This document shows, one piece after another, positions 1 to 14,302 of a stretch of DNA of 64,000 bases. Source of the DNA: Eledone cirrhosa (taxonomy: Eukaryota). The notes under the pieces were generated by a model. It searched no databases, had not been told where the DNA came from, and saw only the letters and a list, made by a program, of their open reading frames with translations. Position numbers and translations under genes: made by a program. The stretch spans positions 143,654,001-143,718,000 of the forward strand of contig OZ024743.1 of NCBI GenBank assembly GCA_964016885.1, given 5' to 3'. The first letter of the stretch is position 1. Every line of letters starts with the position of its first letter.

Positions 1-774
1 ATATAATCACTATTATCGTTTTAAAGACTTCTTTTGTCTATACTAGTATGGGATGAACTAGACATTTAAGGTACTATTCTAAGGACGGATGATCTACCTG
101 ACATACATATATAATCAACTTCTGTATATTCGTCATTATTTTCACAATTTTTTACATTCTAATATTAAATATTCCAGATACATAACAGCTGCAATAGAAA
201 TTGTTCCTGTGTGCTGATTTAAGGTAACCTTCTGTTTTTATCTCTTATGTAATTAGGTAGACAAAATGGAGGGAAGATGGAGTTATAATTCATTAGTCAT
301 TTATCTGTAGATATATGTAGCACTTGTTTGGTATCATCAACTGGACTACATCAAGTTCTGAGACAAAAGTTGAAATCAAAAGACTGAAGAAAATGTGTTA
401 TATCAAGGGTTCCCAACTCCATGTGGCAATTATCTGAAAGTAAATTTACCCCAACTTTGTTTTCTACAATAATTTCTGTTCACATCTCTTCCATAATGCA
501 GTAACCAACAAGGAGTGGTATTTTAAAATGCAGCTGAACATAGAGAATAATTGATATTTTTCTTTCTACTTTGTCATTCATTTCTTGAGTTATTTTCCGC
601 TGAATAGCGCAGTAATTAGGAAATATAAAATACAGATTAAGTATAATACAGTAGAAAGAAAACATGAGAATTTTAACAAAGTTGGCTTATTTCAAATTTT
701 CTTAACTTTAGATGGTTTTTAATTATAAATGAAAAAATATGTATAAATCCAGAATTAGATTTAATCCCTGAGTA

Positions 775-918
775 AGGCGGTGAATTGGCAGTTGTTAAAA
801 TGCTGACTAGAATGCTCTATAGTATTAATTCTCTGTGCTCTGAGTTCAAATCCTACCGAGGTCAACTTTGCCTTCCATCCTTATGAGGTCAATAGAGTAC
901 CAGTACAGAAGTCGATCC
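775..918 (+). mobile_element. tRNA-derived SINE, family B (degenerate)
   Basis: GGCGGTGAATTGGCAG head, B-box GAGTTCAAATCC, body AACTTTGCCTTCCATCCTT...GTACCAGT shared with copies at 12.3, 30.4, 39.0 and 41.5 kb. Confidence 0.75.
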
Positions 919-1495
919 ATTTTTTTACATCTCTTTTACATATTTTCTCCGGAAGAAATCGGCTGTGTTCCAACTTGGAAAGGGGTGGGTTTCATCAGGT
1001 GTCACAATGATGCCCATGATTTCACCAAGAGTTGAAATCTCAAGGATGAATGGTATTGAATCTCCAAATAGATGGAATTTATCCCAGGTTGTGAATCTTT
1101 GTGTTATGTTTTTATATCTTTTATAACGACTGGAACAGCTTCAACGTCCACGATGTCGTTTACATGAGAACTTTCATCAGTCACAAGTGATATTTTTGAA
1201 ACGAGACATATTAAGGTTGGTTATTTGCCCTATACCTCAGTCGCTGTGTTGATGTAACCTCAGCGTCTGATGTCGTAAGGCACGTCAACAACTGTCACAC
1301 ATCAAATGCATCGTCTCTTTATATCATCAGACAATATCACAAATCAAATGAAACATTTACTTCCGGATAGTGTAAGTATTAACATTTTGAATTTATATGA
1401 CTTGAATTAACATAGGGCTTGTATTTAACTATTTATCATGGGACTTGATATTGACACCGCTGAAGAAAACTGGTCCGGAAAATTGACATAATGAA

Positions 1496-1658
1496 CAGGG
1501 CCTGTGAGAGAGAGGTCCAGCCAGTACTTTGTTCCGGGGCCCAAGAGCTAAGAAGGCTCCACAGCAACCATACAACATCCGTTGTGAGAAACATCTTTGC
1601 CTACTCGGGCCCCAAAGGGATCTTGTACCACCTTGCAAAATTTCTTTTGGAGGCCCTG
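1496..1658. mobile_element. hAT-type MITE
   Basis: TIR CAGGGCCT...AGGCCCTG; 8-bp TSD ATAATGAA/TTAATGAA (7/8 match). Confidence 0.7.
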
Positions 1659-2060
1659 TTAATGAATCACTAGAGGTATATGAGATATCACCAAGATAAT
1701 AAATCTGAATGAGCTCGTGTGAAATCAGTTATTTGGTCGAATTGCTAGTGATGCATTTGTCAGTATTTTAATCCATATTTCACAGTGGTACCCAGCTCCC
1801 TTGTGTTTTCTCTATTTCTAATATTTTTATTTATTCTCAAATTTAATATACACTTTCAGTTATGGATTTAAAGGATGGAAATATTTCTTTATTTCATCTA
1901 TCACATTTATATAATGAAAGTATTTACAATCTCTATTATGTCGCTGATCTCCTTCCATTCTTACAAATCACGAACGTCAAGGAGACCTGTGTTTGCCTGT
2001 TGTGCAGAAGAATTTATGTGTTACTAATTGTGAACAGCTGTTTTTGTTATTTAACTTCAG

Positions 2061-2105
2061 ATCAACCAAAATCGAAACAGATATTCATCTCCCCACCCCA
2101 TCGGG
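2061..2105 (+). CDS. Candidate 45-nt exon (DQPKSKQIFISPPHRG frame)
   Basis: T-rich acceptor ttaacttcag and donor G|GTAAGC; frame-preserving length; no homology recognised. Confidence 0.2.
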
Positions 2106-3482
2106 GTAAGCACCAGACAGATAAGCCACCGGGATTGGGATAGACTTTAACTTTTTTTAAAAGAATGATTGACTCCTATTTACAGCAGGTTGAGCGAACA
2201 CAGAAGCACTCTCATCACCTCAAATTATTAACAGTACCAGATTACTTTCATAAACATCTAGAGAGTATGAAATGTGAACGCAGAGGAACGAAACTAAAAC
2301 TCTTCAAGTTACAACTGACTTGAAAAGAGGACATTTGGGATAATGTGTACCTGGATGCACACTGCAAAAAAAAAAAAAAAAAAAAGACGAGATAGCAAGT
2401 TTTTAGTAAGGAAAAGACAACTTATGACCCTATCAAAGAATAACTTATAAAAGTTATTTCCCTTGATTTTGTATTTTAAAATTAGCCATTTTTGAGTTGT
2501 CTCCCTTAGAAATTTATTTCATGTAGAAATTACCAAGCTTGAAAATTTAGAAGTGATGTGAATATTAACATTCTTTATTTCACTTCCTTTTTTTGTTGTT
2601 GAGAAGAAATATGAAGTACTGACCACCCCTCTTTCTTAAAATGTGTCCAGATAACCATGTAAAGAGGAACAACTTTGGTGAGCTTATTGAAAGTTCTATA
2701 TTTTTCTAATTTAAAAGCATCTTCTATAATTCCATTCATACACAGGATGATTTACAGGAATATTAACTTAATCCCAGTATTTGGCTGGTACTTTATTTTA
2801 TCGGCCCCAGAAGGATGAAATGCAATTATTATTTTTCTCTTATAATAAATTAAATCAACATCATTAATCCTATGATAAAAAAACATATATACTTTTTTTT
2901 TTATTTATTTCACTAGCCATGTATATATTTAAAATATAAAAAAGATGCTTAAGAGAAAAAAAGTGATACACTATTTACAGAGAAGAGAATAAAAAGTTCT
3001 TAGGAATGGAATGATGTGGTTCATTATGGAGAATGAGCTAATCAGGCTAGTGAGGCCATTGATTATAGTAAAAACTATCATCTTCTCCATGATGGTCTGT
3101 AAAAGGAGCACTTTATGCAAAAGTCATATTTTATTTTATTTACAAATTTTGAAATATTTCTTAAATGTTACTAAAAATGGTATATTTTTACCACAAACAG
3201 CTTTGTTGATTACTCAACAGCATCTTTTTAATATATTTTTTTACATCTTTAATGACAAAAAGAGAAGGTGGGGGTAAATTCTACAATGCTAGATATATCT
3301 CAGCTATGCCCGATAGATAAAATGGTAAAAGCACTGCCATGGAGAATAGCTAGTGGTACCTGCTGCATCCCTCGTGGGGTTCCATCCTGAAAATCCATTA
3401 AATGTTGAAACTACAGTTTTAGGATTTTTATTTTTTAGAGTAATTCTGTTGCTGTGTTTAGTTTTTTTCCTCACCTCCAATA

Positions 3483-3871
3483 TCATCATCATCACCATCA
3501 TTTTACGACCACTTTTCCCTGCTTGCAAGGGTGGGACGGGAACTGATTCTGGCTTGATTTCTACAGCTGGATGCTCTTCCTAACACCAACCTCATTTACA
3601 GTGAGTGCTGGGTGCTTTTTTTCGTGGCGCCTACACGTCCACATTACAGTGTGGGCTGGGTGCTTATTTTGCCGTGGCACCTCCACGACCACTTTGCAGA
3701 GGAATGATAGGAACCCCAATCCTATCATCTCATTTCTACAGCTGAGTAAACTGGAGCAATGTGAAATAAAGTGTCTTGCTCAAGGAAACAACACATCACC
3801 CGGTCTGAGAATTGAACTCATAACCTTTCGATTGCAAGCCCAATGCTCTAACCACTAAGCCATGTGCCTCC
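3483..3871 (-). mobile_element. tRNA-derived SINE, family A, with RTE-type 3' tail
   Basis: Head GGAGGCACATGGCTTAGTGG...GAGTTCAATTC, central CCTTGAGCAAGACACTT domain, tail ...CCCTTGCAAGCAGGGAAAAG...(GAT)n; near-identical to 47607-47941. Confidence 0.9.
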
Positions 3872-4442
3872 ATATGTTTTAGTAAATGGTGAACTGTTTG
3901 ACCTTGAGGCTATATTTATCAATAAGCAATCTTGTTCATATTTAGTCACTGATATAGAGGAAAAACAAAGAATATTTTTCATTGGTGCATTGTTTTAAAC
4001 AAATGCACTTAATACACTCTGCAAAGTGGGTGACATTCAATAGGTAGCATCAGTATATCTTGATACAACTGAAGAGTCCTTTCAACACTTTTTGATATGT
4101 TTGCTACAAGTACCAACCATTTTAGAGTGTACTCAGTGCATTTTATCATGGCATCAACATTAGAGAGGTTGTCAGGTCATTGACTTGACTGAAGAGCCTA
4201 GCAAAGATAAATACCACTGCTGATGCCCTTACCAGATCATCTCCTGGAATCAGATTTACATAGGTTTTGTGTCATCCTAGAGTGATCCGATTATGGTGCT
4301 ATTAGGTCTAAGTACTTGCCATATTCCTTGGAAGAAATTTGAATACATCCTCCTTGTGTCATTACCATATTTCTAACAAAAAATATCTGTTTTTTAATTA
4401 TTTTGTAAATGATCAAAATAAAAGATATTCTTCCATAACATT

Positions 4443-4535
4443 TTTGCCTTTCATCCTTACGGGGTCGATAAAATAAAGTACCAGTAATGCACTGGGTAAT
4501 TGCTGCCCTTGTGCCAAAAATAGAAACAATTATTT
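4443..4535 (+). mobile_element. SINE family B, 3' half
   Basis: TTGCCTTTCATCCTTACGGGGTCGATAAAATAAAGTACCAG...GCCAAAAATAGAAACAATT. Confidence 0.8.
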
Positions 4536-4942
4536 GTTTAAATAGTTTAAAACCAGATGTTTGTCATCATAGAATTAGTGTGGTTTGGGGTGGGTGGGTA
4601 TCAAGAGTTAAGCATCTCACTGTTGACTTCAACTTATTATTTGCATGTTCAGATATGGCAGCGCCTACGGTAATTCACTGTCCTCAAAATATATTTGTTT
4701 GGTACTCTAGCCATAATCCACTCACTCAAGACCTGAACTTTTTTGAGGACAATAATATTGTTAAATCCCTTCATGAGCATATTTCTAATGAAATACACTG
4801 CATTTCAATTGATTAATGAAGAATTTTGAGAATCTACTAAAATTATCTCATTTTCAACTTAGTAACTTATTCATATGGTTCCAAAATAAAATTGTGTTGG
4901 AAGATTTAAATTTAAACAGGAACACTTTATCCCTTTGGCATT

Positions 4943-6092
4943 TAAACTAAGGTCCTTGTAAGTAGACGAGAAAACAGAACCCAGATCCCCTCAGGGAAAT
5001 GGCCTTGCTCAGTATGTAGGAAAGGTGTAGGTAGGAACTCCATTCTCTGCCCCAAATGCAAACAATGGGTACACAAGAGATGTAGCGGGATCTCAGGAAG
5101 CTTAATTAAGAATGTAGGATTCACATGCAGCAGCTGTGCTGAAACAGCAAGCAAACGGCCACAGGAAACAAGTACCACCAATCTCTGGGAGGGCCCTGTA
5201 GAAACAGTAGACAGCTTCTGCTACCTAGGTGACCGAATTAGCAACGGAGGTGGGTGCTCAGAAAGTACAATAACTAGGGTAAGAACGGGATGGAAGAAGT
5301 TTAGGGAACTACTACCACTGCTAGCTGCAAAAGGCTTCTCCCTCAGAATGAAAGGCAGACTGTATGATGCGTGTATCCGAACAGCGATGTTGCATGGTAG
5401 TGAGACCTGGGCGCTGAAGGTGGAAGACTTACGTAGATTAGAGAGAAACGAAGCCTGCATGCTCCGATGGATGTGTAACAGTAATATACGTGAACGACAA
5501 AGCATAAAGGAATTGAGAGAGAGACTGAGCATAAGAGGAATCAAATGCTGCGTGCAGGAGAGGCGGTTACGCTGGTATGGACATGTGATGCGTATGAAGG
5601 ATGACAGCTGCATAAAAAGGTGCAGAGCACTAGAAGTTGATGGAAACCGCGGAGTGGGGAGACCCAAGATGACTTGGGATGAGGTGATAAAAGCCGACCT
5701 TACCCAACTAACCTCTCAAAGCCAATGACACACGACCGTGACTTCTGGCGTCACGCAGTAATACAGGGTACCCGACCTCCCATGGGTACATGCTGAAGCA
5801 TATAAACAATATGCCCCCACTCCCCCCACCGCAAGGTGGTTATGGAGGTGCCACGGCAAAAAAGCACCCAGCCCACACTGTAAAGTGGATGTGTAGGCGC
5901 CACGAAAAAGCACCCAGCACTCACTGTAAATGAGGTTGGTGTTAGGAAGGGCATCCAGCTGTAGAAATCAAGCCAGATCAGTTCCTGTTTGAGCAAGGCA
6001 TGGTCAGCCGACCAGACACTGCCCACAACAGGACAACCCGTCTAACCCATGTTAGCGTGGAAGAACGGACGTAAAACGGTGATGATGATGTA
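4943..6092 (+). mobile_element. 5'-truncated RTE-clade LINE
   Basis: KTKVL...[47 protein letters not shown] motifs; 3' UTR ends GGACGTAAAACGGT(GAT)n. Confidence 0.92.
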
Positions 6093-7888
6093 TCCAGCCA
6101 GAATTCTTTCACCTTTTTCTGTACAAACTGGCTGTAACTGGCCACTCATACTGATGTTAAGGTATTGTTTTCAAAATAAATATCAATCTCATAGATTCGA
6201 TATTATGTGAGATATTATGCAAGATAAAGTGTTTACCACGAAAATACAATAATATATATAGAGTAATGTGAATGCTAAAGGGTTAAACCAAAACGTCTCC
6301 AAATCATCCTACATTGAAAGTGAAATAGATGATAATCTGTTTTATTCAATCTATCAAAATGCATAATTGTAGTTTAATTAGTGATAGCACTAACAGTGAT
6401 TCAGAATAAAGGTATACAAATATCCATATCCATTCTTACACCGTTACTTAAGTAGCTTTCATCCTACCTTATACATTCCTGTCCCATCTTAACCCTTAAT
6501 CCCCTCCTTCTTTTCTCACTCTAGAACACCTTTCCTTTGGAATAAAATACAGAACAATACTACTTGCCCTTCAGTCAAGAAAGCTGCCAGAAAAACAAAG
6601 TGGTGTTTGAGGAGAATGACATCGTGATTCGGTTCTCCTTTGCACTGTGACCAACTTGACGGCTTGACAACTCATGAAAGACTAACTTTCAGCCAAATGG
6701 TTAAGTTCACATTGCAATTATTAGGTTTTGGGTTCAATTCTTTTGTGGCATCTTGGGAAAATGTCATTTACCACAGTCTCAGGTTGACCCATACCTTGCA
6801 AATGAAATTGATAAATTGAAACTGGTTCTCATGATGGAAACTGAAGCTCATTGGATAAACTGTCCCTGTAGTTCAATAGACCAGCCTTGTAACACTGAGT
6901 TTCCCTGAGAATTATACTAAAGGTACATGTATCTGTGGAATGCTCAGCTATCTACAAGTTAATTTCATTGAACAACTGGAACACATCATTGAAATCGGCA
7001 GAGATCCATTCTATTACACATCATGGATGGCTGTCTGAAGCTGGAGAAATTTTGATTAGATGGTTTAACCCAAACAATAAATGAGCCAAAGTTGATCACT
7101 TTAAATCAAACTTCACAGGAAATCGATCAAACTCTGATTCCTCTAAAGTTCCATTATTGATTGCTACAATGCCAATTTATTGAAGAATCCAGCCGAAGGA
7201 AGCTCTGGATACACTGATGCATGTTCTGCTAATGATCGGAACAGTGACAGGCTGAAAGGTTGGTCTCAACAAGTATGTGAGTCTAGCATTGATCTGGTTA
7301 TTAAATTAGAAATCATGTCTCTATAACTTCATTTTTTCATAACTCAACGATGCTCCAGAAAGCAGCAGAAAGACCAAATTTGTAAAGTGCTTATGGCTGT
7401 TATAAAATCATTAGTGCTACTTCTGGTCCAGGTGCATTATGGTATATTTTAATGGCTGCAAGCCTGCCATTTGCTATAAAAACAGGATGTCTATACTTGT
7501 GATTTGAAAACCAAAGTTGAATGTTTTTAGCCAAATAAAAAGGATTATTGGAAACTAATTTTTGTCACAACAGACAAATCTCCCTCAAATTTACACCTTA
7601 TCTTTTTAAGACAAGATACATTGGACTATGTAGTCCTTGTTATAGAAAAGAGGAGCCTCAGATCAGCATCCTATCTCATTGCATATCAGACATTGTTCAA
7701 TTTATAATTTGAGGGAGATTTGACAGTTATTTGTGTGTTTCTGAGTGTTAGCAAGGTCATGGTCATTTTATAAACATCCATCAACTACATGTAACATTTC
7801 ATTAAGACTTCATTTGTACAGAGATACCCAATCCTTAAATATTTCTTTATTAATCTGTTTTACACAATTTTCTATCAAAATGTATGTA

Positions 7889-9102
7889 TACAAGGTTTGT
7901 CTCCAAAGTAACGGCACTGATTTTCTTATGTACGACATGGTAATGATGCTCCTCAATGTATAAACATGTATCTACACATGCTGGATATGATCTTGGCTAC
8001 ACATACATATTTGTTTCAACATGATCGATTGAGACAGTCAGGAATTATTGCTGTTTATGTACAGATGTGTTTATAACCTGTTACGATTGTGATGCAGGAA
8101 AATATTGAACAATGGCAAGCAATCAAATTTTGTGTGAAACTTAACAAATCTGCCACCAAAACATTTAATTCTTTAACACAAGCTTATGGAGATGCCACTC
8201 AATTGAGAAGTAAGGTTTTTAAGTTGCAAAAAGCAGGCTAAAATGAACAAAATGTGGAAGTGGTGTGAGCAGTGACGGAGAAAGATCACTGATTAAGTGT
8301 TAGGATGGTTGCAGAAGAAATGGGCTTGGAAATTCAGAATTTTAACAGACCATTTGCATATGCAAAAAAGTTTGTGCAAAACTAGTGTTCAAACATGTCT
8401 ATGGAGCAAAAAAAAACCAAACCGATTGGAAATTTGTCAGGATTTGCTAGAAAGAGTTGAAATTGAGTCAAATTTCTTGGATAAAGTAATAACAGATGAA
8501 TCATAGGTGTTTGAGTACAATACAGAGACAAAACGGTAAAGTGAGGAGTGGCACATGAACATTTCTCCTCATCCGAACAAAGCACACATGAGCAGAGTGG
8601 AAAATGATGATTATCACTTTTTTCAACAGCTGGGGTATTGTTCACAAAGAATTTTTACCTCCAGGACAGACATCAACAACTTCGAGAAGAGAACAGGTCC
8701 AGCAAGTCTGAAAGAACAATGTAGGTGATTGGGTACTGCACCATGATAACGCACCTGCTCACACAGCACTTTCAGTAAGAAAATTTCTGAGGAAGAAAAA
8801 CATTCTCACTCTTTCACATCCTGCCTACAACCCAAATCTAGCTCTGTGTGGTTTCTACCTCTTCCTTAAGTTGAAATTGAAGTTGAAGGGTCATCATTTT
8901 GGAATTTTGGAAAACATACAAAAAATTGTAACTGACAAGCTAAGGAGACTCACAGAAAATGACTTATGGTACTGCTACGATCAATGGAGAAAACATTGGT
9001 ACCAAGGGTCGTATTTGGAAGGAGATAACTTATAATTTTACATACATCTAATATACATTTAAATAAAACATCAGTACTCTTACGTTGGGGACAAACCTCA
9101 TA
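7889..9102 (+). mobile_element. Degenerate mariner (Tc1/mariner) transposon
   Basis: Imperfect TIRs TACAAGGTTTGTCTCCAA/TTGGGGACAAACCTCATA; fragments AIKFCVKL, ITDES, LHHDNAPAH, HPAYNPNLALCGFYLF with frameshifts. Confidence 0.85.
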
Positions 9103-12100
9103 ATTCTAGTTTAATTAGCAATAGCACTAACATGGTGTGATTAAAAATAATGGTGTATATGGACCCATATACATTCTTATACTGGAACAGAAGTAACTGT
9201 TTCATAACACCACACTTGTTATACATTCCTGCCCATTCTTGACACCCTCCCCCATTCTCTCATGCTTTTAATAAAATGCACTAGTACACTTAAGTGGATA
9301 ACATTCAACGGGTAACAAAAGAAGAGACAGCAGGCGCTACAGTCAAGTCAATTACCTGACAACCTCCCTAGTGCTTGTGCTATGATAAAATACACCAATT
9401 GCAATCTGTAACGTGGTTGGTATTAAGAAGGGCATCTAGCTGCAGAAACTGTCAGTGGTGAGAGGATTCTTCAGTTCTACCAAGGACATGACAATCTCCC
9501 CAGTGCTGGTGCCATAAAATGCACCCAGTACTCTCTGTAGAGTAGTTGGAGTTAGAAAAGGCATCCAGCTGTAAAAACCATACCATATCTGGAATGTCTG
9601 TAAGTGAGGTATGGTTCCATGCCCCTCTAGGATAGAAGCTAGAATTTAGTACAAACAGTGCTCATGACCTTTTTCAGAATCTCTGAGACTTCTGGGAAGA
9701 AGGATGGTATTTTCAAATCAGAGCATTGGAACAAATATGTTAGACACCCTGTTGGATGCTCTTACAATTCTGCCAATCCACCACCCTGAATTGGAATTTT
9801 TTGTTGATATTGAAAAAATGAAAGGCAAAGTTGACCTCTGCAAGATTTGTTTACAATGACATTTAAAGTGATCAATAGGCACAAGTATGCCTGTATGGTT
9901 AAGTAGTTTGTTTCACAATCATGTGGTTTCAGGTTCAGTCCTACTGTGTGTAAACCATGAGCAATTGTTTTTTATAGCCTTAAATTGAGCAATGCCTTGT
10001 GAGTGAAATTTGGTAGATGGAAACTGTGTGGAAGTCCATCATGTATACCTGTGTTTACATTCAATAACATAACAGTTCAACAAAAAAGAGATAAAAATAA
10101 ATATCAGATTTGAAAAAATAAGTACAAGGGTTGATATGATTGACTAAATCCCTTTAAAGCAATGCCCCTGTATGGCCACAGTCTAATGAATAAAACCAGT
10201 AAAAGAATATAAGTACAATACTTAGGACAAAACAACGGCTCAAATAACTGAAAGAATTAGGTGGAGAAATATGGAGGATGGAATATAAGATGATAGAAAA
10301 TATTTAGGTTGATAGTATTCTGGGTGGAGAAAATGTACTTTTACACCCTAGAGAGATATAAAAAAAAGATACTTTCTGGAAAAGTTTCAATAAGGGTAAA
10401 CTAGATTAATTTAAGTGAACAAATTTCTAATTCTCTATATAGTTATTTGTACAAATAAGGACACACAATTTGAAAAAGAATACAAAACAAAAACAATTCC
10501 AGAGCGAAAAAAGAATTTTTTTTCTATCTAAGATGTATTTGATTTCATTTGTTTTTTCATTGTATTTTAATAGCTTAGTCAGGAGGTGAATTGACAGAGC
10601 ATTGGAGTAAATGCTTTGCAGGATTTGTAGCTCTCTGTGATAATAAAGAAAGGGAAAGGGAGTGCTCAGAGCCACTGAGTCTAGTAGGTGGGAAGGGCAG
10701 GAGGAAGGTATTTTCAAGTTGAAGACATGTCTGAATACTGGCAACAGAGTAAAATCTGCTAAAGGCACCCAAAGGGCAGATAGTGGGTTCAAATCCCACT
10801 AAAATCAACATTGCTTTTCACTGTTATAGGGTCAATAAAGGGCAGTGAATTAGCAGAATTGTTAAAGTGTCTGATGGGATGTCCTGTGGTAGCTGTGTAT
10901 TTTCTGAGTTCAAATCCCACTTTCTGTCACTGACAGATAATATCAGAAATGGAAAGATTAATGGCAACATAGTTTCCTTGATCCAATCTAAGAATCAGTT
11001 CTTTTCTTTCTTAGGAGGAAGAGTAGTGCTCATGACCCCTTTTCAGGGTCTCTGAGACTGTGGGAAAGGGGAAAATAGAAGTATCCTAAAACCAAAGAAA
11101 TGGCTCAAATGTTTACAACAAAAAAAATAAAAGGCAAAGTTGACCTCAGCAGGATTTGAATTAGAATGCAAGGATACTTTACCTGATTTAGTCAATTATT
11201 TATAGTTATCTGCGTTGTAGTAACTATATTTAAAAATTTCAAATTTCACAATGCTTCATAAATTAACCAAATGTTGTTTACACTCTAGTATTAATTTAAA
11301 TGCCATAAGTTTTTTGGCTTGGTCTCAAACGTTTTTAGAAGGCAACACTAGCATTTCCAATTGTAGTGTGTAACTGAGGAGATCACTATCATCTGCAGTA
11401 GAGCCATGAGTGCCTCAAATGTTTTTAGAGAATAACATCAGCATTCCTTGTAGCTTTTGTAGTGTGTAACTGAGGAACATGTTCTCATCCTCAGTAGCGC
11501 CAACTGTGTTGTGATTTACCTCAAAAAGTTTTAGAGAGCAACACCAGTATTTGTTGTTGTAGTGTGTATCATAAACGTTGTTTAAATTGTATGATTTCAA
11601 TATTGGGCCACGTTCATTCAAAATATATTTTTTAAAATTATTATGTTCACTTAAAAATAATTTTTAGATAATGAAAATTTACACAGACATGTATATAATG
11701 TGAAATGAAACTGGAAGGCCCATATATATACGTGTGTGTATGTATATATATATAAATATGTGTGTGTATGTGTATATACATATATATATATATATGGACG
11801 TTAAACGATGATGATGTGTATGTGTATATACATATATATATATGGACGTTAAACGATGATGATGATGTGTGTGTGTATATATATATATATATGTGGGTGT
11901 CTGTGATCTATATGCACTGGTCATAGACACACACACACACATATATATATATACACACACACACTCACAAATATATATACACAACAACACCACCAGCTCT
12001 CTTCCATTCTCTTTCTCTGTCTCCTCTCCCTCTCTCTATGTCTTTCTTTCAATCTACTCTGTCACAACCACTATCTCTACCTCTCTATCCTTTTCTCTCT

Positions 12101-12297
12101 TCGTTTATGAAGGTATCCGGAAAAACCCCATATCTCAGGAACCCGTGGTCCGATTTACGCAAAACTTGTTTTATTCCATTTGTATCCCCATTTCAGGGGC
12201 AACTTCCTTTCAAAGTATTTTCCCATTATGCGCCCTTTTGGCTGTATTACATTACAGACAAGCAAGCAATCACATATTTTTAGTAATATATAGATGA

Positions 12298-12497
12298 GGG
12301 TGGTGGATCGGCAGAATTGGTAGAGTGTCAGATAAAATGTCATTGTGATATTGGTTCTGACTCTTTACATTCTGTGTTCGAATCCTGCTGAGGTCATCTT
12401 TAGCTGTCATCCTTCTGGAGTCGATAAAATAAAGTACCAGTCATATACTAGGGTTGATTTAATCAAGTCTGGCCTTGTGCTTAAATTAGAAATCAAC
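12298..12497 (+). mobile_element. SINE family B
   Basis: GGGTGGTGGATCGGCAGAATTGGTAGAG head, GTTCGAATCC, GTCGATAAAATAAAGTACCAG. Confidence 0.75.
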
Positions 12498-12828
12498 TAA
12501 TATAAAATTCTCCTTAGAAAAAAAAAAGTCCTCCTTCTAGGGGAAAGAAAGAAAAAATGAATACAGTGAACAAAAGAGTTGTATCAACAAAGCTTGCTCA
12601 TATTTTCTAGAATATTCAGTGTCTTTTAAATGCCAAGGCCTGAAACAGCTATTGGGAGCATGACAATCTTTTAATGTCACTTGGCTAAAAGCAGTGGTTG
12701 GCAAAACACACAAACACAAACACACACATATATATATGTATATATGTATATATATATGTATATATGTATATATATATGTATATATATATATGTATATATG
12801 TATATATATATGTATATATATATATATG

Positions 12829-13057
12829 TTGTTATACTTGGGGAGGGTCATATTTGTGTAATATTGCCAGAATTAATAACAGAACACACTCACTGTTTGG
12901 TTGGTTTTCGCTTCTCGCTGTCTTTTATATCGGTAATCTAACTTACTCGGTCCTCAATGTTGCCATTGACTGACCGACGGTCAAAAATAATACAGAAACA
13001 ATATAGACACAAACACATATATATAGTTTATCATAAATCTTTCGTTGCACATCTGCA
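12829..13057 (-). mobile_element. Penelope-like element 3' terminal (pLTR) fragment
   Basis: Reverse-complement copy of 59375-59599; terminus TTGTTATACTTGGGGAGGGTCAT shared with the PLE ends at 48040/50634; flanked by TA microsatellite; ends inside the HHR stem II. Confidence 0.8.
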
Positions 13058-13854
<797 letters not shown>

Positions 13855-14302
13855 AACTAGACCTGAAAAATGCGCAAGCTAAAAAGAGCCACAGAATGTT
13901 ATATTAAATCTTCAAAAGTGTGGGACTAGAGTTGTTGCTCAAAAATATTGTAATCATTATCTATCGTACACTCTGTGGCATTCTTTTATAAAAAAAGAGA
14001 CTCATAACGAACTCAAGACGACACAATAATTATTTAAGCTAATGTTCAATATCTCATATTCGATGTTTAGTAATGATTAATACGAAATGCACTTAAACCG
14101 AATTCTATATTATAAATTCACTTAAATAATTATTGTGTCGTCTTGAGTTCGTTATGAGTCTCTTTTTTATAAAAGGATGCCACAGAGTGTACGATAGATA
14201 ATGATTACAATATTTTTGAGCAACAACTCTAGTCCCACACTTTTGAAAGTTTATTATAACATTCTGTGGCTCTTTTGAGTTGCGCATTTTTCAGGTCTAG
14301 TT
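13855..14302. repeat. Long inverted repeat (~183-bp arms, 82-bp spacer), probable fold-back/non-autonomous element
   Basis: 13855-14038 is reverse-complementary to 14121-14302 (AACTAGACCTGAAAAATGCGCAA...TTGCGCATTTTTCAGGTCTAGTT). Confidence 0.9.

Noticed and set aside
925-1320. Possible decayed transposase or exon
   Set aside because: Coding-like composition but no open frame or motif I can recognise.
6570-7520. Exon-like unique stretches (6575-6650, 7020-7500)
   Set aside because: Short frames, no consistent splice pair and no recognisable homology.
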